Position numbers and translations under genes: made by a program. A DNA stretch of 64,000 nucleotides from a virus, in the IMG/VR virus record IMGVR_UViG_3300003886_000001, positions 1 to 64,000 of that record; one strand, given 5' to 3'. The notes beneath the pieces are model-generated. The model saw nothing but the letters and a program-made list of their open reading frames with translations, was not told the DNA's origin and ran no database searches. Numbering within the stretch: position 1 is the stretch's first letter; every line of letters begins with the position of its first letter. Shown in pieces: positions 10,823-20,518 of this stretch.

Positions 10823-11074
10823 ATGATGGTCGAAGAGCATATATTAATAAAATCTAGGGCTGTTCTTGGATATCAGATACCAAAGAATGAGAACGTAACG
10901 ATGGGGCCAAACGATTACTCTCCAGGGGAGATTGGAGCATACCCGCAATGGGTGTTACGTAATGTTGGAGAGAAGTCCCATTGGATAGTTAATGAGGATT
11001 ATATACTTGATTTTTACAACGATATTGGGTTAATTTATAAAGAGAAAGGAAAACATGTCAAATTCATACGGTGA
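10823..11074 (+). CDS. Hypothetical protein
   Basis: ORF with RBS after promoter. Confidence 0.6.
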   Translation: MMVEEHILIKSRAVLGYQIPKNENVTMGPNDYSPGEIGAYPQWVLRNVGEKSHWIVNEDYILDFYNDIGLIYKEKGKHVKFIR

Positions 11075-11087
11075 AGAGGGGAAAAAT

Positions 11088-11288
11088 ATGGATATAGAGA
11101 AGTCCAAGAAATGGATTGCAGGAGCTACCTACAAGGAACTCTTGTCCCATTGGCGTTTTGCTCCTGTAGGCGACCCAATGTTTATTGGCGAATTAGGACA
11201 GTTTTATGTGGAAGAACTACATGAGAAGAAGAGCATGTTAGCATCAGGCGAAGATGTACAAGCGAGCAAAGATATAGGGTGGAATTAG
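11088..11288 (+). CDS. Hypothetical protein
   Basis: ORF, RBS GAGGGG. Confidence 0.65.
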   Translation: MDIEKSKKWIAGATYKELLSHWRFAPVGDPMFIGELGQFYVEELHEKKSMLASGEDVQASKDIGWN

Positions 11289-12115
11289 TGAAATTTGTGG
11301 TTTATCATAATGACGAGGACGGTTTTGGAGCAGCATACGCCGCTTATAAGAAATTCGGGCCAACTGCTCAATATATCGCTATTTCCTATGGTGAGGATTT
11401 ACCATACTTTGGTAAAGACTCAGAAGTATATATGTTGGATTATAGTTTGCCAAGGGATGAAACTGAAGAACTGTCCTCGGCTATCAAGTCCTTAACAATA
11501 GTTGACCATCACAAAACTGCCGAAGAGGAGATTGGTGATTTACCATACACTTGTATTGACCAGTCTCACTCTGCGGCAGTTTTGGCATGGCAGGTTTTTC
11601 ACCCATCAACCGCAGTACCACGATTATTAAGGTATATTGAAGACGCTGACTTATCACAGTGGGGACTACAAAACTCTAAAGAGTTGTTTTACTACTTATC
11701 CATCTACCCTAGAGGATTTTCTGATTGGGAGGAATTGGCCTCCACTCTTGAACAGACAGATTACTTAACTACTAATATCTTCGTTACTGGTAAAACTGTG
11801 GTAGACGCGGTGCGGGCTCAAGCTAATTTGATTTATGACCGTACTATTAGTATGCTGTATATTGGTGGCCATTATGTCCCAGCAGTATGCTCTGCAATAC
11901 TCCAGATGGAATTACGTGAGTTATTGTTAGAGAAAAATTCAGACTTTTTATTCACAGCTAGCTTTTATATCGGTTACGATGATAAGGTACATGTCTCTTT
12001 ATTCTCTGACGGACTTTTTGATGTGTCAGCTATTGCAAAGCGTTATAATGGTGGAGGACACCCACATGCGGCGGCTTTTATCGTTGACGACTTAGAGGAA
12101 TTGAGGACAGGGTAG
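11279..12115 (+). CDS. DHH/DHHA1 phosphoesterase
   Basis: YHNDEDG, IVDHHKT, GGGHPHAAAF. Confidence 0.9.
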   Translation: MELVKFVVYHNDEDGFGAAYAAYKKFGPTAQYIAISYGEDLPYFGKDSEVYMLDYSLPRDETEELSSAIKSLTIVDHHKTAEEEIGDLPYTCIDQSHSAAVLAWQVFHPSTAVPRLLRYIEDADLSQWGLQNSKELFYYLSIYPRGFSDWEELASTLEQTDYLTTNIFVTGKTVVDAVRAQANLIYDRTISMLYIGGHYVPAVCSAILQMELRELLLEKNSDFLFTASFYIGYDDKVHVSLFSDGLFDVSAIAKRYNGGGHPHAAAFIVDDLEELRTG

Positions 12116-12117
12116 GT

Positions 12118-12507
12118 ATGGGAATAGACAATCCATTAGTGTTATTAGTGGATAGTATACGTAGGTTGCAGAAGCTCTATTGGTTAGAGAATGATTCCCT
12201 TACTGTCGTATATTCAGAAAATCCATTGTTGGATGATGTAGTATGCCTAGACATCGAGTCTACTACTTTATTTTCTACCACAGTGGCAAGACTATCAGCT
12301 AGTTTATTGGTTTGGAAGGTTAACCATAAGACAGATATAGATATTAAACTTAAAGAAATAGCTCCTTACGCTCAGACTATTTTGAATATTTTAGCGGTTA
12401 AGAAGCATTCTTGTAATTTTAAGACAGTGGGAATTGAGGTGAGTAATTCTTATCATATAAGATACGAAAGGTCATATAATAGCATTCTAGATATAACTAG
12501 GCAATAA
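12118..12507 (+). CDS. Paralog family A protein (single domain)
   Basis: LDIESTTLF...W...KLKEIAPYAQTIL. Confidence 0.7.
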   Translation: MGIDNPLVLLVDSIRRLQKLYWLENDSLTVVYSENPLLDDVVCLDIESTTLFSTTVARLSASLLVWKVNHKTDIDIKLKEIAPYAQTILNILAVKKHSCNFKTVGIEVSNSYHIRYERSYNSILDITRQ

Positions 12508-12518
12508 GAAAGGAAAAT

Positions 12519-13442
12519 ATGGAAGTTAAAGTAGCTAAATTCGTAGGTGAAGTTCCTAATTCGTTATTACACTATGTGGATGGTGTACGTGCAACGTGTT
12601 TTATAATGGTACACTATAGTCTGTTGACAGCAATTGTGACTCTCTCAATTTCTGATAGTAATAGATATATAACCCACGGCACTGTTGAAGAGTTATATTA
12701 TGAAATTCCCATATTTACCAACGAAGCTGTCAATATGTTCTTGTCTGAGGCTAAGAGTCGTATTCTTAACATCTATACTAACGACGTAGATATAAGCCCG
12801 AGGACATTTCTTAAGAAGATTGACCAAGAGTTACGCGTGATGTGTCAGACAACTGAGTACGATACCGTCACATGGATAAAGGCGGAGGATTGGGTAACAC
12901 AGATATTTAATTCGCCTAGTAGTGATTATGAGCGGTCAATAGCCACTAGTATCAAGGATTTAAAGTCTTATTCTCCCGGCTATCTACACGATTTACAAAA
13001 TGATGTTGTTGCATATAATTATTCACGCTCACCTAATCTGGTAGTTGTGGGATTATTGAGTTATTTAGAAAAACTAGCCAAGAACTTTCAATCAGAATCC
13101 GCTATTAGACTACTTAAGTGGAAGTCCTACCATGAATCAACACTTGAGACTGTAAACATATACTTAAATCCGGAGGATAGGACTTTATATGCAGGGGAAC
13201 TGCTGCCAAGTGACCATCCAAGTAGGTCACGCCTGATAGTTTGGACACTATCTTTATGTAACGAGCAGGAAGTGAATAAGCGGTTAGAGGCAATAGCTCC
13301 TTACGCACAAACAATGATAGATATATTAAAGTCTAAACTAAATGGACCTAATACATTTTATCCTATTTCGCTTGATAAGAAGTACGAAAATGCATATAAG
13401 TCAATAACGAAGATACTGGGAGAAGAAAGGGTGTCTCCATGA
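12519..13442 (+). CDS. Paralog family A protein (two domains)
   Basis: EIPIFTN; WIKAEDW; VVGLLSYL; KRLEAIAPYAQTMIDIL. Confidence 0.75.
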   Translation: MEVKVAKFVGEVPNSLLHYVDGVRATCFIMVHYSLLTAIVTLSISDSNRYITHGTVEELYYEIPIFTNEAVNMFLSEAKSRILNIYTNDVDISPRTFLKKIDQELRVMCQTTEYDTVTWIKAEDWVTQIFNSPSSDYERSIATSIKDLKSYSPGYLHDLQNDVVAYNYSRSPNLVVVGLLSYLEKLAKNFQSESAIRLLKWKSYHESTLETVNIYLNPEDRTLYAGELLPSDHPSRSRLIVWTLSLCNEQEVNKRLEAIAPYAQTMIDILKSKLNGPNTFYPISLDKKYENAYKSITKILGEERVSP

Positions 13443-14392
13443 GTGTAAAGATATTGACTAGGTTTTCTGAGATAGAGCCGAAATCACTACTCGTATTTGC
13501 TGAAGGGGCTACAAGTCCACGAACGCCCCGTTTAACACTATCTTTCCAATTTGATTTCTATTCTGAAACCCTGTATACAAAGATAGCGGATATGAATGAG
13601 GTAGTAATCGGGCTATCTCTCTCTACTCCTATACAAGAAGATAAAAATTCATCATACAGTATTGAGGTGCCGATTCTTACTAATCGTAGCGCTACATCCT
13701 TTCTACGAGATGTCCAACAGTTTCTAGTCAGGGAAGAATTGCAGAAGCGCGCCCTCGGGCACCAAAATAAAGAATCAATCTTTGAGAGGTTAAAGACATT
13801 CTGTGAGAGTCGCCTTGGAGAATATGAAGTTATTAACTGGAGGATGGCAGCTAGTTGGATAAGGGAGATAACACATAACCCAGGTAATCAATATGAAGAA
13901 GCTATTGCAAAGGGCATTAAAGACATAAATTCTTATTCTACTCGTCAGGATTTAATGGATTTACAAAATATGATTGTAGCATATAGTTATATGGTTACCC
14001 CCAGAATAGCAATAGTAGGGTTATGGTCATACCTTGTACATACATTAGTAGAAGACTTCAAGGCTACTGGTACGGGTGATGAAATGCTTCTCCCAAGACA
14101 CCCTATTAGAGTTACCAGATTATCGGGAAATCCACTTGCTCGTCATATATTCCTCCTAGTTTTAAGCCCAGAAACTAATAGTTTATTTGTAACTCTACCA
14201 TCGGTTGGCCCTGCCGCGCCATATCTTCTGTCTTGGGTACTTCCTACACTCCGAGAGGAAGAAGTTAATGACAAGTTAAACAAAGTATTACCCCATATGG
14301 AAGTAATACTCGATACGCTAGCTGACCGAGACATCTCTAGTAACAGGTATGAAGAGGCATATAAAAATATCGTAGATATAATTAAACGTTAG
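13439..14392 (+). CDS. Paralog family A protein (two domains)
   Basis: EVPILTN; WRMAASW; DKLNKVLPHMEVILDTL. Confidence 0.75.
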   Translation: MSVKILTRFSEIEPKSLLVFAEGATSPRTPRLTLSFQFDFYSETLYTKIADMNEVVIGLSLSTPIQEDKNSSYSIEVPILTNRSATSFLRDVQQFLVREELQKRALGHQNKESIFERLKTFCESRLGEYEVINWRMAASWIREITHNPGNQYEEAIAKGIKDINSYSTRQDLMDLQNMIVAYSYMVTPRIAIVGLWSYLVHTLVEDFKATGTGDEMLLPRHPIRVTRLSGNPLARHIFLLVLSPETNSLFVTLPSVGPAAPYLLSWVLPTLREEEVNDKLNKVLPHMEVILDTLADRDISSNRYEEAYKNIVDIIKR

Positions 14393-14400
14393 GGAATACT

Positions 14401-15303
14401 ATGGATGTAAATATAACAACCAAGTTTTCAGCGACAGAACCTAATTCCTTGCTACGGTTTGACGAGGGTGATACGCAGCCAAATAACTGTTACCTATCCC
14501 TATCCTTTTATTTAGACTCAGAACCAGGTATTGATGTGTCTCTTTCCGCCTTTAAGCCGGCTAAAGATGAATGGGGTTGGGAGGTACCACCCTTTACTAA
14601 TAAGGGCGGTACCCGATTCCTCCATGCTATCTGTGGTGTTATTAACAACTCCCTTAGTACAGTCTCAGATAGAACTAGTATAATTGAAAGTGTTACAACA
14701 TTCTGTGATAGTAATATATCCAAATATGAGGCTATTAACTGGAAGTTGGCAACCGATTGGGTTAGGGGTATAGTTAGTAACCCTGTTAATGAGTATGAAA
14801 GTTCTATATCGGCTGCGGTTAAAGACTTAAAATCGTATTCTCCTAGTTATATACAAGATTTGCGGAATATGATTGTATCTTACAGCTATTTAGTTACCCC
14901 ACAGGTGGTAGTAGTCGGATTACTTGAATATCTGGTATATCTGAGACTAAATGGTGTCGAAGTGCCGCTTGAAGTCATGGAATGGACCCCCATTGACCCA
15001 ACCATTCGATACTCACTTGTAGTGTACTTAAATGTTGCTGATGGACTTTTATTTGTAAATACTATTTCTATGGGTAATAGAGGTAGCGGAGCAGACTTTT
15101 TAACCTGGAAATTTTCCTCCCTCCTCAATAAGAAGGAAGTAAATGATAGGTTAGAGCGAATAGCCCCTCATGCCAAGAAGATGCTTGAGATATTGTCTGT
15201 AAAAAGGGACATCAACCCTATAGTGGATTTTAATGAGTATAGCGATAGGTATAAAAAAGAATACAAATTAATTCAAGAATTAGTTATGGAGAAAGGACTC
15301 TAA
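14401..15303 (+). CDS. Paralog family A protein (two domains)
   Basis: EVPPFTN; WKLATDW; DRLERIAPHAKKMLEIL. Confidence 0.75.
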   Translation: MDVNITTKFSATEPNSLLRFDEGDTQPNNCYLSLSFYLDSEPGIDVSLSAFKPAKDEWGWEVPPFTNKGGTRFLHAICGVINNSLSTVSDRTSIIESVTTFCDSNISKYEAINWKLATDWVRGIVSNPVNEYESSISAAVKDLKSYSPSYIQDLRNMIVSYSYLVTPQVVVVGLLEYLVYLRLNGVEVPLEVMEWTPIDPTIRYSLVVYLNVADGLLFVNTISMGNRGSGADFLTWKFSSLLNKKEVNDRLERIAPHAKKMLEILSVKRDINPIVDFNEYSDRYKKEYKLIQELVMEKGL

Positions 15304-16232
15304 TGAACATTCCTATTACTGTCAGTGAGGTATCTGATGAGTTTCCTAATACACTATTACAGGTGGATAAGGGAAAAGCCAAGCAGTGCTATTTAGGTGT
15401 TGCTGTTTATAATAATCCTCATAACCAATATAGTATAGATGTATATATCACCACGTCAAGTACAGGAAGAGAGGAAGATTCATCAGTATTCTCAAAGTTT
15501 TGGAAAATCCCGCTTGTAACTAACGAGACTGCTAATCGTTTTTTACATGGATTTAAAGATGTTTTAGAAAATGTGGTGTACTGGACCAATCAAAATCAAT
15601 TATCTAACTTTAAGTGGTCTACAGATTCAATATGGAAATATATCATTACATGCAATGATGTATCTCCTAAAAGTCGGATTAGCTGGCAAACAGCAGAGGC
15701 TTTTATGAAAGAGCTTGCAGTTAGTAACTTAATAGGTTCGCCGGACTTAGTAAATAGGGTTACACGAATTAGTGATGTTGATTTAGTGAGTTTACAAAAT
15801 AATATCATTAACTACATTTACTCGTACAACCTTCCAGTAGTACCACACTTATTAGAATATTTATACAAACTTCGTAATATATATACATTAACAGAAGAAG
15901 TTCCGTTGACTATAGTATATCGTAAAGATGAGAAGGGTTCTCTTTATCGTCGTGGAGTAGTCTGTTTTAATCAGTACAATAATACGTTATTTACTACATC
16001 TTTGAGATATGGTAAATCATCTCCCGATTATGTGTTTTCCTGGAATTTTGCACCTTGTAGTGACGATGAAATTAACTGTAAATTAGAGCAGATATCTCCG
16101 TTTGTACAGACTATGCTAAGAGTAATGGTTGTAGGACACCATTCTGTTAAGTTTGCTTTAGTTAGGGACTCTGTATTCTATACAAAAAAATACTACGATA
16201 GCCTTGACAGCATCACTACCGTCTTAAGCTAA
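15303..16232 (+). CDS. Paralog family A protein (two domains)
   Basis: KIPLVTN; WQTAEAF; CKLEQISPFVQTML. Confidence 0.75.
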   Translation: MNIPITVSEVSDEFPNTLLQVDKGKAKQCYLGVAVYNNPHNQYSIDVYITTSSTGREEDSSVFSKFWKIPLVTNETANRFLHGFKDVLENVVYWTNQNQLSNFKWSTDSIWKYIITCNDVSPKSRISWQTAEAFMKELAVSNLIGSPDLVNRVTRISDVDLVSLQNNIINYIYSYNLPVVPHLLEYLYKLRNIYTLTEEVPLTIVYRKDEKGSLYRRGVVCFNQYNNTLFTTSLRYGKSSPDYVFSWNFAPCSDDEINCKLEQISPFVQTMLRVMVVGHHSVKFALVRDSVFYTKKYYDSLDSITTVLS

Positions 16233-16634
16233 TCCCACTAAGTCGTCTTTGTCTTGCTTGTCCTCCTCATCAATTGAGTCTTCAATATCGTCTAGAGTGT
16301 CTGCAAGGTCTTTAATATCATCAGCTATATGACGTACATTACTTTCTGTTTGTTGTGTCAAGTCATAGGCTACACGAGCGTCACGTCGGTCACTAGCAGA
16401 TTGCCTATTTTGGCTCATAAGAATGAACGGGGCTGCGTAGGCTGCCTGCATTGACAGCATGAGGTTCATAAATACAAATGGATATTGGTCCCAATGATAC
16501 ACATGTCCTATAGTGTTTAATGCCATCCAAATTGCTAAAATAAATGTTTGGATGGTAATAAATCTCCAGGAACCTACTGTCTGCACAATCTTATCGGCTA
16601 ACACCCTTTCGTCTGTTGTGTTCTTTTTTTTCAT
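16224..16634 (-). CDS. DUF1003 membrane protein
   Basis: VGSWRFI, DQYPFVFMNLMLSMQAAYAAPFILMSQNRQ. Confidence 0.9.
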   Translation of the reverse strand: MKKKNTTDERVLADKIVQTVGSWRFITIQTFILAIWMALNTIGHVYHWDQYPFVFMNLMLSMQAAYAAPFILMSQNRQSASDRRDARVAYDLTQQTESNVRHIADDIKDLADTLDDIEDSIDEEDKQDKDDLVGLA

Positions 16635-16701
16635 TATACATAGCCATCCACAGTTTAGTTATATCATTATATGACGATTATTTCAAGGCAAATCTAGGTA
16701 C

Positions 16702-16730
16702 TTGACCTCCTCGTTAGGAGGTGCTATACT
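16702..16730 (+). promoter_or_regulatory. Sigma70-type promoter with internal palindrome
   Basis: TTGACC-17-TATACT; ACCTCCT-cgtt-AGGAGGT. Confidence 0.8.
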
Positions 16731-16748
16731 GCTTTAAGGAGGTAAGAC

Positions 16749-16844
16749 ATGCTGTTCATCCTATATATGGTTATCATCTGGGTAGCTATCAGGTATGGAG
16801 TCTATTACTTTCTAAAGGCGTTAGCGGCACTTGTTGATAAATAA
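16749..16844 (+). CDS. 31-aa membrane peptide
   Basis: RBS AAGGAGGT; hydrophobic; below ORF-track cutoff. Confidence 0.65.
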   Translation: MLFILYMVIIWVAIRYGVYYFLKALAALVDK

Positions 16845-16847
16845 TAA

Positions 16848-17129
16848 ATGGCAATTAGAAAATATCCTGCTGGTGACCAGGATAGAGATACCAGAGTTGC
16901 CCCGAAGAGAGATGGTCATGTTAGTATGGGTTCTTATGGAACAATTGTTTATACATACAAATTGACCTTGGAACGACCTATGTTTGCAGGTCGGCTATAC
17001 CATCCGGTAGAGACATATGATGATGCAGTCAAATGGCTTGCTTATTATAAGAGCGCTACTCAGATTAAAGGCTTTGTTAATGCTCCACTTTACGTGCAGG
17101 CATGGTTTGTGCCTAGAGGTGAAACATAA
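16848..17129 (+). CDS. Paralog triad B protein 1
   Basis: GSYGTI...LY......A..WLAYY. Confidence 0.7.
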   Translation: MAIRKYPAGDQDRDTRVAPKRDGHVSMGSYGTIVYTYKLTLERPMFAGRLYHPVETYDDAVKWLAYYKSATQIKGFVNAPLYVQAWFVPRGET

Positions 17130-17524
17130 TGGCATTTGAATCACTAATTCCTCCAACGTTAGGTAAATATTGGGGGAACTACTTAGCCAAGAATATGCCC
17201 AGGTTTAATTCTAGAAGAATCTATGGAACCTACGGTGCGATAATGCTACGTATTCAGTGGGAGTACCCGTATGCCCTTCCAAATTATCTATACCAAACGA
17301 TAAATAACGCGGCAGAGGCTAGTTGGTGGTTATCCTATTATAGAAATAGGCCTGACATTGATGGTGTAACGTTTTTTCCGGCCCCGGCGCAATACTCAAT
17401 GGGGACCTTTACTCCACCAGTGCTGCCGTCATATGTGGAGTACCCTGGACCAGAAGTGATGTGGGAAAAGGATGTATTACTAGCTGGACCCTACAAATTT
17501 GGGGATAAGGGATATACCTATTAA
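17129..17524 (+). CDS. Paralog triad B protein 2
   Basis: GTYGAI...LYQ...AAEASWWLSYY. Confidence 0.7.
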   Translation: MAFESLIPPTLGKYWGNYLAKNMPRFNSRRIYGTYGAIMLRIQWEYPYALPNYLYQTINNAAEASWWLSYYRNRPDIDGVTFFPAPAQYSMGTFTPPVLPSYVEYPGPEVMWEKDVLLAGPYKFGDKGYTY

Positions 17525-17526
17525 CG

Positions 17527-17952
17527 ATGAAAGTAAATTACGACACTCCACAACCTATAGGCGCTGGTGTTAACTCGGTTTTTCCTCGTCTAGAATACCG
17601 TTATAAAGACCGGCTAAAACTAAAGCTGCCGAAGTTAAATGCACTTAGGCAGTTTGGTAGCTATGGTATGATTGAAATTAGCGTGGTTTGGTTCTATCCA
17701 CTGAATCCACCAGGAAAGATATATCAGTCCGTGTTTAATGCTCCGGAAGCATCATATTGGCTTGCCTATTATCAACATGACGGAAATGTAACAGAAGCAC
17801 ACTTCGTGCCCTCTCCAGACCAATTTACTAGTGGGACGTTTAGTATTCCTATATCTCCCCCAGTTATTTCACCAGTTTCTCCGGCAGCGTGGTATATAGA
17901 GGATAAGGAAGCCGGAGCATATGCCTTTGGCAATGATAAACACACGTTCTAA
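17527..17952 (+). CDS. Paralog triad B protein 3
   Basis: GSYGMI...IYQ...APEASYWLAYY. Confidence 0.7.
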   Translation: MKVNYDTPQPIGAGVNSVFPRLEYRYKDRLKLKLPKLNALRQFGSYGMIEISVVWFYPLNPPGKIYQSVFNAPEASYWLAYYQHDGNVTEAHFVPSPDQFTSGTFSIPISPPVISPVSPAAWYIEDKEAGAYAFGNDKHTF

Positions 17953-17957
17953 TCTTT

Positions 17958-17980
17958 CTCATAGACCAAGATGTTATCCT
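17958..17980 (+). promoter_or_regulatory. Class II promoter
   Basis: CTCAT-N12-TATCCT. Confidence 0.7.
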
Positions 17981-17999
17981 AGGGGAGAAAGGCAGACTG

Positions 18000-18929
18000 A
18001 TGAATCTAGCGGAATTGATGCGACCCACTAACTTAAATGATGTAATAGGTAATGAACACATAGTCAATCCACTAAGAAAACAATTAGCTGATGACACTCT
18101 AAGCCAGACACTCATGTTTACTGGGCAATATGGCTCTGGTAAAACAACTTTTGCTAAGATAATAGCTAAAGAGATAGAAGCAGACGTAACAGAGATTGAT
18201 TGCGGAAGCGAAGGTACGATTGATAACATTCGTCAATTAATTGTATCAGCTACCCATTCATCGCTATTCTCCCCAAAGAAAGTATTTATCTTTGATGAGG
18301 CGCATAAGCTCTCCCAAGTATCACAAACAGCCCTCCTCAAGACGCTGGAAGAGCCCAATAAAAACATCCATTTTATTCTCCTTACCAATGAGCCACAGAA
18401 ACTCTTGAAAACGATACAGAGCCGTTGTGTGGTCTACGAGACTAGACCAGCTACCAATGAACAGGTGGGTATCGCTGTCGGCAAGGTAAAAGATAAGTTT
18501 AATGTTACGTTTGAAGATAATAACGACTTCTGGTCAGTAATAGAAATCGCAGAGGGCTCTTTCCGAGTAATATACTCTTTATTAGAAAAGATTATTACAG
18601 CGGCAGGCCCTAATGGTCATATCTCATCTATTGACTTTAGGAACATTGTTGGGTCATACAAGGATGAAATAGTTAACAATGAAAATCTTCCTAAGGCATT
18701 GGTAGAAGGTAATATTGAAATAGCACTCTCATCATTAAATACACTGACAGACACTAGCACTCCCTTTGCTACGACGATGAGCATTTATAAGTACCTGCGC
18801 AAAGGATACATTGAAAAATGGGCGCGAGAAGAGCATGTGAAGTATATTCTCGTTGATATCACATCCCTCATTAGTAGTAAGTTAGTGAATTGGTATGACA
18901 TAGAACGGTTGATATGGAAATATCTCTAA
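18000..18929 (+). CDS. dnaX: Clamp-loader AAA+ ATPase (DnaX gamma/tau-like)
   Basis: RPTNLNDVIG, GQYGSGKT, DEAH, LLKTLEEP, TIQSRC. Confidence 0.88.
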   Translation: MNLAELMRPTNLNDVIGNEHIVNPLRKQLADDTLSQTLMFTGQYGSGKTTFAKIIAKEIEADVTEIDCGSEGTIDNIRQLIVSATHSSLFSPKKVFIFDEAHKLSQVSQTALLKTLEEPNKNIHFILLTNEPQKLLKTIQSRCVVYETRPATNEQVGIAVGKVKDKFNVTFEDNNDFWSVIEIAEGSFRVIYSLLEKIITAAGPNGHISSIDFRNIVGSYKDEIVNNENLPKALVEGNIEIALSSLNTLTDTSTPFATTMSIYKYLRKGYIEKWAREEHVKYILVDITSLISSKLVNWYDIERLIWKYL

Positions 18930-19909
18930 ATACACCATTTACGTTTGATAATATACTTATAGAGCCAAAATCAAAATCTAGAGTAAAATCACGAGCGATG
19001 GCTAAGACCACTACTTCTTTATACGGAATAGAGCTTCCAATGCCAGTGATTTCTGCTAGTATGTCTCTATTTGATACATTTCATAATGATATATCTACCA
19101 CATTTGCACAAGTTATGTATACCGCTGGAGGGCTACATATCTTTAGTCGGGGTTCACCCTTAAAGGATAGATTGGATATAGCTAAAACTATTTCAGGTAC
19201 CGGGATAGAATTCGGTATAGCAGTCAGTTATCAAGAGTTATTAGATAATCAAACAAGTTTAGAAGATTTGGACTCTTTTATTTCTATAGATATAGCAAAT
19301 GGGGCCATTTTAGATGAGATTATTTGGCAAGGAAGGTACCCATTAATATTGGGAAACTTTGGTAATCCTGGGGCAGTTCAACGAACAGACTTCCATGGGG
19401 ATATTATTTATAAATTAGGAATAGGAAGTGGTGCTGGTTGTACTACCAGGATAGTTACAGGAGTAGGTGCTCCTCAGGGGTGGTTAGTACGAGAAGCAGC
19501 GAGTAGGTCCGCAAGACCTATTATATCCGATGGAGGAATTAAGAATCCTGGGGATTTCGTAAAAGCCCTAGCTCTGGGGGCGAATGCGGTAATGATGGGT
19601 CATATGTTTGCTTCTGCGGTTGAAACTCCATGGTTACCGGTTAAGTTAGAGGACGGGAAATGGTACAAACCATATCGAGGGATGTCCTCATCTGAGGAGA
19701 AGAAATCTGTTTCTCACGTTGAGGGGGTGTCTGGGTATATACCATATTACGGAAAAACGGTAAAGGACATTATGCAGGAGTTGAGCGATGGTCTGCGCAG
19801 TGCGATGTCTTATGTAGATTCTTTTAATTTAGCAGAGTTCCGTAAGAATGTAGAGTTCTTAATAATTCCTCCTAATGATATAGAGACACAATCACGGATA
19901 GATGGATAG
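18914..19909 (+). CDS. GMP reductase / IMPDH family (no CBS domains)
   Basis: GIGSGAGCTTR, ISDGGIK, KALALGA, YRGMSS, EGVSG. Confidence 0.88.
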   Translation: MEISLNTPFTFDNILIEPKSKSRVKSRAMAKTTTSLYGIELPMPVISASMSLFDTFHNDISTTFAQVMYTAGGLHIFSRGSPLKDRLDIAKTISGTGIEFGIAVSYQELLDNQTSLEDLDSFISIDIANGAILDEIIWQGRYPLILGNFGNPGAVQRTDFHGDIIYKLGIGSGAGCTTRIVTGVGAPQGWLVREAASRSARPIISDGGIKNPGDFVKALALGANAVMMGHMFASAVETPWLPVKLEDGKWYKPYRGMSSSEEKKSVSHVEGVSGYIPYYGKTVKDIMQELSDGLRSAMSYVDSFNLAEFRKNVEFLIIPPNDIETQSRIDG

Positions 19910-20480
19910 GAAGCCCGGGTTTACACTTAATCTTTCACACTATTTTCTATATAAACGGTCTCCCTATGGCAAAAGATGGATAATAATTGATGGGGATTAT
20001 ATTAGGACTCGTGGAGAGAAAAAGATACTACAGTACATTGAGTCTAACTACTCGTTAGGCTTTGTGTTTGGCTCATTTTTAGCTATAGGTAATACAAATG
20101 TTGCTGTGTATGATAATAAAGTACGCGGAGCAGTCAATTGGTATATACCTGCTACAAAAACTGAAGAATTTGAGACGTTAGAAAAATGTTTATATGAATC
20201 ATTTCGTCTAAACATTTCTCTTATGCCAAAAAGCAAGAACTCTTATCGAGCCATATGTTATAGTAAGCCGGTAGCAATGATGTTTATGGAGTTCGGTAAA
20301 GGAAGTGATAGACATCTGCCACCACAATACTTTGTTAGTAATAGACAGTTCCTATCAGGATTAAAAGATGGTATAGGGGCGTTTGACGGACACCTAATAC
20401 CTGGAAAAGGGTCTCAAAGAAAGTTTAGCACACAAGTGCAAGACCTGTACTATACGATACAAGAAGAATTAGATGAATAA
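19902..20480 (+). CDS. Degenerate LAGLIDADG-like endonuclease domain, free-standing
   Basis: SLGFVFGSFLAIGN and FLSGLKDGIGAFDGH helices. Confidence 0.55.
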   Translation: MDRKPGFTLNLSHYFLYKRSPYGKRWIIIDGDYIRTRGEKKILQYIESNYSLGFVFGSFLAIGNTNVAVYDNKVRGAVNWYIPATKTEEFETLEKCLYESFRLNISLMPKSKNSYRAICYSKPVAMMFMEFGKGSDRHLPPQYFVSNRQFLSGLKDGIGAFDGHLIPGKGSQRKFSTQVQDLYYTIQEELDE

Positions 20481-20483
20481 TTA

Positions 20484-20512
20484 TTGACGTAGGGGGCTTT
20501 GTATGCTATAAT
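20484..20512 (+). promoter_or_regulatory. Sigma70-type promoter (leaderless mRNA)
   Basis: TTGACG-17-TATAAT, ATG 6 nt downstream. Confidence 0.8.
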
Positions 20513-20518
20513 ATACAT

